Source: Candidatus Edwardsbacteria bacterium (GTDB taxonomy: Bacteria > Edwardsbacteria > AC1 > EtOH8). From it: DNA of 64,000 bases. The stretch covers positions 368 through 64,367 of the forward strand of contig JAGVNJ010000050.1 in NCBI GenBank assembly GCA_020053305.1, in the 5' to 3' direction. Both the position numbers and the translations under genes were made by a program. Below, piece by piece: positions 44,614 through 52,766 of the stretch. Every line of letters starts with the position of its first letter. The stretch's first letter is position 1. Under the pieces are notes generated by a model. It did no database searches and had not been told where the DNA came from. It saw only the letters and a program-made list of their open reading frames with translations.

Positions 44614-46308
44614 ATGGGTTTGAAATTAGGCGATATGTTGGTGCAGTCCGGGCTGATAACCAAAGATCAGCTGGACAAGGCCCTGGCCGAGCAGAAAAGC
44701 TCCGGCGCCAAGCTGGGCTCCAGCATTATAAAGCTGGGATTTATGACCGAGGACGCCATCACCCAATTCCTGGGCAAGCAGCTCAACCTTCCCACGGTGA
44801 ATCTTTCCACCGCCGAACTGGATCCCCAGGTTTTAAAACTTATTCCCCCCGAGATAGCCCAGAAATTTCAGGTGATGCCGATCAAAAAAACCGGACGGAT
44901 CCTGTTTCTGGCCATGTCCAACGCCGCCGATGTGTTCATCATGGAGCAAATCTCTTTTCTCACCGGGATGGAGGTCAAGCCGGTGGTATGCGCCGAGACA
45001 TCGCTGGAGAAGGCTTTGGACAAATATTACGGCAGCACCACCCGGGCCGCGGCCCTGAAATCGGTGGAGCAGGAGATCGCCGCCGAGGACATGGAGCTGG
45101 TGGACAAGGATATTGAGGAGGTGGCCAGCCAGGCCGATATCGAATCCACCCCGGTGGTGAAATTAGTAAACAGCATAGTCATCGACGCCATCAAGCGCGG
45201 GGCCTCGGACATCCATATAGAGCCCTACGAAAAAATCCTCCGGGTGCGCTACCGGATAGACGGGGTGCTGCAGGAGACCATGTCGCCTCCCCGCCGGATC
45301 GCGGCGGCCCTGGCCTCGCGCATCAAGGTGCTTTCCAAATTGAACCTCACCGAACGGCGCCTGCCTCAGGACGGAAGGTTCTCCATCAAACTTATCGACC
45401 GGACGGTGGACCTGCGGGTGTCCACCATGCCCATCAAATACGGCGAGAAGATCGTCATCCGGGTGCTGGAGCAGACCAGCCTGGGCGGCGACCTGACCCA
45501 GCTGGGCATCGAGGGCAAGGCCCTGGATGATTTCCTGAAGGCCCTGGCCCGGCCCACCGGCATGATACTGGTCACCGGGCCCACCGGCTCGGGAAAGACC
45601 CGCACCCTTTATTCCGGCATCTCCCGCCTGAACAAGCCCGGGGTCAACATCGTCACCGCCGAGGATCCGGTGGAATACGACATCGTGGGGATCAACCAGG
45701 TCAACGTCCGCCCGGAGATCGGCTATACCTTTGCCAAGGCCCTCAAGGCCTTTTTGCGGCAGGATCCCAACATCGTGCTGGTGGGGGAGATTCGGGACCG
45801 GGAGACCGGCGAGATCGCCATGACCGCGGCCATGACCGGCCACCTGGTGCTGTCCACCCTGCACACCAATGACGCCCCCAGCTCGCTGAACCGGCTGCTG
45901 GATATGGAGATCCCGCCCTTCCTGATAGCCGCCACGGTGAACCTGATCGAAGCCCAGCGCTTAGTCCGGCGCATTTGTTCAAAGTGCAAGGAGCCGGAAA
46001 AAATATCGTCCGAGGAGATGATCAAGATGGGGGTGGATCCAGCCAGTTTCCAAGGGGTGGAGTTTTTCAAGGGCAAGGGATGCCTGGAGTGCAACAATAC
46101 CGGGTACAAGGGCCGGGTGGGCGTGTTTGAGATACTGCCGGTGAGTCCGGAGATAAGAAAACTGATAGTAACCCGGGCCTCCACCGATGAGATCCGGGAG
46201 ATGGCGGTCAAACTGGGGATGAAGACCCTGCGGGAGGATGCCCTGGATAAGGTCAGAAAAGGCATCACCACCATGGAGGCGGCCATCGTGGAGACGGCCT
46301 CGGATTGA
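44614..46308 (+). CDS. pilB: Type IV pilus assembly ATPase PilB paralogue 1
   Basis: MshEN-like N-terminus, GPTGSGKT, EDPVEY, LRQDP, GHLVLSTLHTND, tetracysteine; ATG 44614 follows GGGAG. Confidence 0.9.
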   Translation: MGLKLGDMLVQSGLITKDQLDKALAEQKSSGAKLGSSIIKLGFMTEDAITQFLGKQLNLPTVNLSTAELDPQVLKLIPPEIAQKFQVMPIKKTGRILFLAMSNAADVFIMEQISFLTGMEVKPVVCAETSLEKALDKYYGSTTRAAALKSVEQEIAAEDMELVDKDIEEVASQADIESTPVVKLVNSIVIDAIKRGASDIHIEPYEKILRVRYRIDGVLQETMSPPRRIAAALASRIKVLSKLNLTERRLPQDGRFSIKLIDRTVDLRVSTMPIKYGEKIVIRVLEQTSLGGDLTQLGIEGKALDDFLKALARPTGMILVTGPTGSGKTRTLYSGISRLNKPGVNIVTAEDPVEYDIVGINQVNVRPEIGYTFAKALKAFLRQDPNIVLVGEIRDRETGEIAMTAAMTGHLVLSTLHTNDAPSSLNRLLDMEIPPFLIAATVNLIEAQRLVRRICSKCKEPEKISSEEMIKMGVDPASFQGVEFFKGKGCLECNNTGYKGRVGVFEILPVSPEIRKLIVTRASTDEIREMAVKLGMKTLREDALDKVRKGITTMEAAIVETASD

Positions 46309-46343
46309 TAATCACCACATCAAAACTTTAAATAAGACATGAC

Positions 46344-48071
46344 ATGGCTTTAAAAGTCGGCGATATGCTGCTCAAGGCCGGGATGATCAGTCCGGAGCAG
46401 TTGGAACAGGCCCTCAAGGAGCAGCAGAGTTCGGGCCAGAGGCTGGGCTCCCTGCTGGTCAAGATGGGCTTTGTCACCGAGGACGAGGTGGTGGCCTTTC
46501 TCAGCAAGCAGTTCAACGTCCCCTCGGTCAACCTGAACGATTACAAGATCGACGAGCCCATCCTCAAACTGATACCGGCCCATATAGCCCAGAAGTACGG
46601 GCTGATCCCCCTGTCACGCCTGGGCCGGAGCGTGACCGTGGCCATGGTCAACCCCAACGATGTGCTGGCCATGGAGGACATAAAATTCTCCACCGGATTT
46701 GAGGTTCGCCCGGTGATAGCCTCCGAGGCCGCCATCTGGTCGGCCATCGACAAGCAATACGGGTCGGCCGGGATGCTGGAGGATGTGATGAAGGCCATGG
46801 ACCAGGCCGAGGGTGACGTCGAGGCCGGGGACCTGGAGATCCTGGAGGAGCAGCAGGAGGAAGGCGGAGATTCCGCCTCGGAGATGGCCGCGGCCATCGA
46901 GAGCAGCCCGGCGGCCAAATTGGTCAACGGCCTGATCGCCGAGGCGGTCAAGCGCAATGCCACCGACATCCACATCGAGCCCTATGAGAAGGAGATCCGG
47001 GTCCGGATGTCGGTCTACGGCGTGCTGCACGAAGTGATGTCGCCGCCCCTGCGGATGAAGAGCTCCATCGCGGCCCGGATAAAGATCATCGCCAAATTAA
47101 AGATCGAGGAAAAACGCTTTCCCCAGGACGGCCGCCTGCGGATGAACATCCAGGGCAAGCCCATAGACATCCGGGTGTCCATCATCCCCACCGCCTTCGG
47201 GGAGAAGGTGGCCCTGCGCATCCTGGACCGCAGCGCAGTGTCATTCGACCTGCCCACTCTGGGGTTTGAGCCTGAGCCGCTGAAGCACCTGTTGAAGGCG
47301 GTTCAGACGCCCTTCGGAATAGTGCTGGTCACCGGGCCCACCGGCTCCGGCAAGACCACCACCATGTACGCCTGCCTGGAGTCCATCAACCATCCGGACA
47401 CCAATATCATGACCGCCGAGGAGCCGGTGGAGTACAGCCTGATGGGAGTCAATCAGGTGGCGGTGCGCGAGGAAGGCGGCACCACTTTCGGCGCCGCCCT
47501 CAAGGCCTTTTTGCGGCAGGATCCCAACATCATCATGGTGGGAGAGATCCGCGACCGGCAGACCGCCGAGATCGCCATCCGGTCCTCGCTCACCGGCCAT
47601 CTGGTGCTGTCCACCGTCCATACCAACAGCGCCTCGCTGACCATCACCCGGCTGGTGGACATGGGGGTGGAGCCCTTCATGATCGCTTCCTCGTTGCTGC
47701 TGGTGGAGTCCCAGAGGCTGGTCCGCAAGATATGCTCCTACTGCAAGGAGCAGTACAGGCCGGAGGAAAAAATGCTGCGCGAATTCCTGGGGGGCCGGGC
47801 CGACATCACCGGCTTTACCGCCTTCCGGGGCAAGGGCTGCTCGGAATGCCGCAACACCGGATACAAGGGCCGGATCGGCCTGGCCGAGGTGCTGCCCGTC
47901 AGCCCGGGCATCCGGGACCTGATATTGGAGCGAGCCCCCACCTTCAAGATAGAGGCCAAGGCCGTGGAGGAAGGGATGGCCACCCTGCGGATGGACGGGA
48001 TCCACAAGGCCCGCAGCGGGGTGACCACCATCGAAGAGGTCATCAAGGAGACCGTGGCCGCCGCCGACTAA
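46344..48071 (+). CDS. pilB: PilB paralogue 2 (divergent motifs)
   Basis: Walker A/B, His box and tetracysteine present; EEPVEY and RMSVYG variants. Confidence 0.88.
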   Translation: MALKVGDMLLKAGMISPEQLEQALKEQQSSGQRLGSLLVKMGFVTEDEVVAFLSKQFNVPSVNLNDYKIDEPILKLIPAHIAQKYGLIPLSRLGRSVTVAMVNPNDVLAMEDIKFSTGFEVRPVIASEAAIWSAIDKQYGSAGMLEDVMKAMDQAEGDVEAGDLEILEEQQEEGGDSASEMAAAIESSPAAKLVNGLIAEAVKRNATDIHIEPYEKEIRVRMSVYGVLHEVMSPPLRMKSSIAARIKIIAKLKIEEKRFPQDGRLRMNIQGKPIDIRVSIIPTAFGEKVALRILDRSAVSFDLPTLGFEPEPLKHLLKAVQTPFGIVLVTGPTGSGKTTTMYACLESINHPDTNIMTAEEPVEYSLMGVNQVAVREEGGTTFGAALKAFLRQDPNIIMVGEIRDRQTAEIAIRSSLTGHLVLSTVHTNSASLTITRLVDMGVEPFMIASSLLLVESQRLVRKICSYCKEQYRPEEKMLREFLGGRADITGFTAFRGKGCSECRNTGYKGRIGLAEVLPVSPGIRDLILERAPTFKIEAKAVEEGMATLRMDGIHKARSGVTTIEEVIKETVAAAD

Positions 48072-48106
48072 ATATAATACTCGCCTTGGCAATAAACCAA
48101 AGACGA

Positions 48107-48236
48107 GCAAATCCTAAATCCGAAATCCCAAACAAATGTTAATGACCAAAGCCGTATAATATGGGCATTTTCGGATTTCTGGAATTTTAAAACTTGAGAT
48201 TTGTTTGGTATTTCGGTATTCGAATTTCGGATTTGC
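48107..48236. repeat. Gene-less inverted-repeat element built of 7-nt aaatccg-type units
   Basis: Left gcaaatcctaaatccgaaatcccaaacaaat versus reverse complement of right gcaaatccgaaattcgaataccgaaataccaaacaaat. Confidence 0.7.
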
Positions 48237-48298
48237 CAAAGTGGCAAATACACTCATGAAGAAGGCTCGTTTAAAAATTTAATTAAGCCATAAAACTT

Positions 48299-50065
48299 AT
48301 GCCGCAAAATATTGCCGACATGCTTTTGAAGATGGGACTCCTGACCAAGTCCCAGTACGATCAGGCCTCTCTGGAGCAGAAGAGCAGCAACGAGCCGCTG
48401 GCCGCCACCTTGGTCCGGATGGGGATGGTCACCGAGAACGTGGCCATGCAGTTCATGTCCCGGCAGTTCAATGTCCCGGCCATGGACCTGAGCAACTTCC
48501 AGGTGGAGCCGGCGGTGATAAAGCTGATCCGGCCGGACATCGCCAACAAATTCATGGTGATCCCGTTAAAGCGCCTGGGCCGGGCCCTGACCCTGGCCAT
48601 GATCGATCCCTCGGATTTCTTCGCCCTGGAGGATATCAAATTTCTCACCGGCCTGGACGTCAAGCCGGTGGTGGCCGGCTATTCGGCCGTCAAGAAACTG
48701 CTGGAGCAGCACTATCCGCTGGGCAAGGATGTTCAGGTGATCGCCTCCGGCGGCCAGCTGAGCCAGCTTAAGGACGAGGCCATCGAGAGCCTGCCCGATG
48801 ATGACTCGGCCCTGGAGGGGCTGGGGGGCGACATCGAGATGGAGATGGTGGACGATGTCGAGGAGGACATGGACCTGGCCGACGCCCAGCAGGCCGGCTC
48901 CTCCACCCCGGTGGTCAAAATGGTCAACTACATCATGACCGAGGCGGTGCGCCGCGGAGCCTCGGACATCCATGTGGAGCCCTATGAGAAGATCTTCCGG
49001 ATCCGATTGAGGCAGGACGGCGTGCTGCAGACCCTGATGGAGCCGCCCATGCGGATGAAGGCCCCGCTGGTCTCCCGCATAAAGATCATGTCCAAACTGG
49101 ACGTCACCGAGCGCCGCAAGCCGCAGGACGGCCGGATCGCCATCAAGGTGCTCAACAAGAAGATCGACCTCCGGGTGTCCACCCTGCCGGTGCTGTTCGG
49201 GGAGAAGGTGGTGATGCGTATTTTGGACGCCGGGTCGCTGACCCTGGATCTGGCCAATTTCGGCTTCACCGAACTGGCCCTGAAGAATTTCATGAAGGCC
49301 ATCCACGCCCCCTACGGCATAGTCCTGATCACCGGCCCCACCGGGTCGGGAAAGACCACCACCCTGTATTCCGCCCTCTCCCAGCTGAACACGCCGGACC
49401 GGCATATCCTGACCGTGGAGGATCCCATCGAATACAATCTGAAGGGGGTCAACCAGGTCCAGGCCGAGTTGGGGATAGGTTTCACCTTTGACGTGGCCCT
49501 CAGGGCCATGCTGCGGCAGGCTCCCAACATCATCATGCTGGGCGAGATCCGGGACGGCCCCACCGCCGCCATCGCGGTCAAGGCCGCCCTGACCGGGCAT
49601 CTGGTGTTGTCCACCCTGCATACCAACGACGCTCCGTCGTCGGTCAGCCGTCTGATCGACATGGGGATCGAGCCGTTCCTGGTGGCCTCCTCGACCGTGC
49701 TGATCCAGGCCCAGCGCCTGGTCCGCCGGATATGCAAGGCCTGCAAGGAGCCGTTCCATGTCAATCCCCAGTCCCTGATCGACATGGGCTTCAAAGCCGA
49801 GGAGGTGGCCGGGGTCACCTATTACAAGGGCAAGGGCTGCCCCATCTGCAGCAATACCGGATACAAGGGCCGGGTGGGTCTCTACGAGGTGATGCCCATC
49901 ACTCCCGAGATCCGGGACCTGATACTGAACCGGGAGGCGGTGACCTCCATCAGGGCCAAGGCGGTGGAACAGGGGATGCTGACCCTGCGGATGGACGCCT
50001 GGGGCAAGGTCAAGCAGGGCATGACCACGGTGGAGGAGATGTTCCGCGAAACCGCCGAGGGATAG
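48299..50065 (+). CDS. pilB: PilB paralogue 3
   Basis: GPTGSGKTTTLY, EDPIEY, LRQAP, STLHTND, tetracysteine. Confidence 0.9.
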   Translation: MPQNIADMLLKMGLLTKSQYDQASLEQKSSNEPLAATLVRMGMVTENVAMQFMSRQFNVPAMDLSNFQVEPAVIKLIRPDIANKFMVIPLKRLGRALTLAMIDPSDFFALEDIKFLTGLDVKPVVAGYSAVKKLLEQHYPLGKDVQVIASGGQLSQLKDEAIESLPDDDSALEGLGGDIEMEMVDDVEEDMDLADAQQAGSSTPVVKMVNYIMTEAVRRGASDIHVEPYEKIFRIRLRQDGVLQTLMEPPMRMKAPLVSRIKIMSKLDVTERRKPQDGRIAIKVLNKKIDLRVSTLPVLFGEKVVMRILDAGSLTLDLANFGFTELALKNFMKAIHAPYGIVLITGPTGSGKTTTLYSALSQLNTPDRHILTVEDPIEYNLKGVNQVQAELGIGFTFDVALRAMLRQAPNIIMLGEIRDGPTAAIAVKAALTGHLVLSTLHTNDAPSSVSRLIDMGIEPFLVASSTVLIQAQRLVRRICKACKEPFHVNPQSLIDMGFKAEEVAGVTYYKGKGCPICSNTGYKGRVGLYEVMPITPEIRDLILNREAVTSIRAKAVEQGMLTLRMDAWGKVKQGMTTVEEMFRETAEG

Positions 50066-50165
50066 AACGAATATCAAAAATAAAATATAAAAAACTCAAA
50101 GGGTTAATCCTGGGTGTTTTTCTGTCCCGGTGGTAAAATGAATATAAAATAAGGATGGGCAAAGC

Positions 50166-51236
50166 ATGTTGACTCTTACCCAACTCTTGGAGGAGATGAT
50201 CCAGAAGAAGGGGACCGACCTGCACCTGACGGTGGGGATCCCGCCGGTGATCCGGGTGGACGGCGAGCTGATGCAGACCTCCCACGAGACGCTGACCCCC
50301 CAGATGACCGAACAGCTGGCCTACAGCATACTGAAGGACACCCAGAAGAAGCGCTTTGAGACCGAACGGGAGCTGGACCTGTCCATCGGCATTCAGGGGC
50401 TCTCCCGCTTCCGGGGCAACATCTTTCTGCAGCGGGGCTGCGTGGCCATGGCCATGCGGGTGATCCCCTGGGAGATCCGCTCCTTCCAGGCCCTGGGCCT
50501 ACCGCCCATCGCCGCTGCCCTGGCCGACAAACCCAAGGGACTGGTGCTGGTCACCGGGCCCACCGGCTCGGGCAAATCCACCACCCTGGCCACCATGATC
50601 GACAAGATCAACAGCGAGCGGCGGGGTCACATCATCACCGTCGAGGACCCCATCGAGTACATCCATCATCACAAGAAATGCATCATCAACCAGCGGGAGC
50701 TGGAGTCGGACACCAAGAGCTTCAAGAACGCCCTGAAATACGCCCTGCGGCAGGACCCCGACGTGGTGCTGGTGGGCGAGATGCGGGACCTGGAGACCGT
50801 GGAGTCGGCCCTGCACATCTCCGAGACCGGCCACCTGACCCTGGCCACCCTGCACACCAACTCGGCGGCCGAATCCATCCACCGCATCATCGACGTCTTT
50901 CCGCCCTATCAGCAGCCCCAGGTGCGGGCCCAGCTGGCCTTCGTGCTGGAGGGGGTGATGACCCAGCAGCTGATACCCATGACCCGGGGCGGCCGGGCCC
51001 TGTGCCTGGAGATCATGGTCTGCACCCCGGCCATCAAGGCCCTGATCCGGGACGACAAGGTCCACCAGATATATTCCTCGATGCAGGCCGGGCAGAAGTA
51101 CGGCATGCAGACCATGAACCAGTCGCTGGCCAATCTTTTCTTCGAGAAGAAGGTCTCGCTGGACACCGCCTTCGACCACACCTCCAACGTGGAGGAGCTG
51201 GACCAGATGATCAAGAAACGCCAGGCCGTGGTGTGA
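50166..51236 (+). CDS. pilT: Type IV pilus retraction ATPase PilT
   Basis: GPTGSGKSTT, ALRQDPD, GEMRD, AIKALIRD (AIRNLIRE-like), GMQT. Confidence 0.95.
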   Translation: MLTLTQLLEEMIQKKGTDLHLTVGIPPVIRVDGELMQTSHETLTPQMTEQLAYSILKDTQKKRFETERELDLSIGIQGLSRFRGNIFLQRGCVAMAMRVIPWEIRSFQALGLPPIAAALADKPKGLVLVTGPTGSGKSTTLATMIDKINSERRGHIITVEDPIEYIHHHKKCIINQRELESDTKSFKNALKYALRQDPDVVLVGEMRDLETVESALHISETGHLTLATLHTNSAAESIHRIIDVFPPYQQPQVRAQLAFVLEGVMTQQLIPMTRGGRALCLEIMVCTPAIKALIRDDKVHQIYSSMQAGQKYGMQTMNQSLANLFFEKKVSLDTAFDHTSNVEELDQMIKKRQAVV

Positions 51237-51252
51237 TAATATTGGGAACTTT

Positions 51253-51362
51253 GCACACAGATGAACACAGATTAGTACAGATTTTCTCGGATTTAATTTT
51301 ATGATTTTGGGTTAACAAGTAACGTCCGTGCAAATCCGGTCCAATCAGTGAAATCCGTGTGC
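51253..51362. repeat. Gene-less inverted-repeat element built of about 10-nt cacagat units
   Basis: gcacacagatgaacacagattagtacagat ... aatcagtgaaatccgtgtgc; same unit as the GxxExxY flanks. Confidence 0.7.
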
Positions 51363-51534
51363 CATAAGCCCCCCGTCCGATTCCCGATCTCAATTCCACT
51401 CAGGGCAGGCTTATCGTCTTCCCCGCCACCGTCCGCCTCCGGCGGAGCGGTGATTGAATTCCAATGACTACAATTAATCGCTCGGATTAATAATTCCTTA
51501 GAAAAGAATAAATATTTTACAAGGAGCAATAAAG

Positions 51535-52746
51535 ATGCCACTATATCTCTGGAAAGGGCGCGATTCCAAAGCCGGTTTGGTCTCCGGAGAGCTGACCGCC
51601 GAAAGCGAAGGCGCGGTCATCGAGGCGTTGCGCAAGAAAAATATAATAGTGTCCTCGGTGCGGGTCAAGCCCAAGGAGATCACCCTCAGCTTTATGCAAC
51701 CCAAGGTGAGCAACAAGGACCTGTCGATCTTCACCCGGCAGTTCGCCACCATGATCAACGCCGGCCTGCCGCTGGTTTCCTGCCTGGAGATCCAGGCCCA
51801 GCAGCAGGAGAACCCCACCTTCAAGAAGGTGCTGGAGACCATCAAGTCCGATGTGGAGGGCGGCTCCACTTTGGCCGAGGCCCTGAAGCGGCAGAAACAG
51901 GTGTTCAGCGAACTGTATATCAACATGGCGGCGGCCGGCGAGGCCGGCGGTATCTTAGACAACATTTTGATGCGCCTGGCGGTATATCTGGAAAAGGCCG
52001 AGGCCCTGGTATCCAAGGTCAAAAGGGCCATGATCATGCCGGTGATTTTGACCACCGTAGCGGTGGGAGCGGCGGCGGTGTTGCTGATATTCGTGATCCC
52101 CATCTTCGAGAAGATGTTCGCCGGTATGGGGGCCAAGCTGCCGGGCCCCACCCTGTTCGTGGTGGGGCTCTCCAAGTTCCTGCAGAAATTCATCATCCCC
52201 ATCATCATCGTGGCCGCGGCCGCCATATTTGCCATTCAGCGGTGGTACAAGACCGACAAGGGAGAGCTGTACCTGGACTCCCTGATGCTTAAAATACCCA
52301 TCCTGGGCAATCTCCAGCAGAAATCGGCCGTGGCCCGTTTCGCCCGGACCCTGGGCACTCTTCTGGCCAGCGGCGTGGCCATCCTGGACGCCCTGGAGAT
52401 CACCGCCAAGACCGCCGGCAACCGGGTGGTGCAGGACGCCATCATGTCGGCCCGCAAGTCCATCGGAGGCGGCGAGACCATCTCGGCCCCCTTAAAGACC
52501 ATGAAGATATTTCCGCCCATGGTGGTGCAGATGATCTCGGTGGGCGAGGCCACCGGCGGTCTGGACGAGATGCTCAATAAGATCGCCGACTTCTACGACG
52601 AGGAGGTGGACGGAGCGGTGGAGGGACTGACCGCGGCCATGGAGCCGATCATCATGGTGGTGCTGGGGCTGGGCATCGGCGGCATGGTGGTAGCCATGTA
52701 TCTGCCGATATTCACCATGACCTCGGCCCTGATGGGCGGTCACTAA
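51535..52746 (+). CDS. pilC: Type IV pilus platform protein PilC
   Basis: FTRQFATMINAGLP, GEAGG, FARTLGTLL, MEPIIM, MYLPIF. Confidence 0.95.
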   Translation: MPLYLWKGRDSKAGLVSGELTAESEGAVIEALRKKNIIVSSVRVKPKEITLSFMQPKVSNKDLSIFTRQFATMINAGLPLVSCLEIQAQQQENPTFKKVLETIKSDVEGGSTLAEALKRQKQVFSELYINMAAAGEAGGILDNILMRLAVYLEKAEALVSKVKRAMIMPVILTTVAVGAAAVLLIFVIPIFEKMFAGMGAKLPGPTLFVVGLSKFLQKFIIPIIIVAAAAIFAIQRWYKTDKGELYLDSLMLKIPILGNLQQKSAVARFARTLGTLLASGVAILDALEITAKTAGNRVVQDAIMSARKSIGGGETISAPLKTMKIFPPMVVQMISVGEATGGLDEMLNKIADFYDEEVDGAVEGLTAAMEPIIMVVLGLGIGGMVVAMYLPIFTMTSALMGGH

Positions 52747-52766
52747 TCCCTACCGATTGAAACATA

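Noticed and set aside
51253-51362. Possible CRISPR array from periodic repeats
   Set aside because: Units are about 10 nt with no unique spacers, arranged as inverted arms, and no cas genes are present
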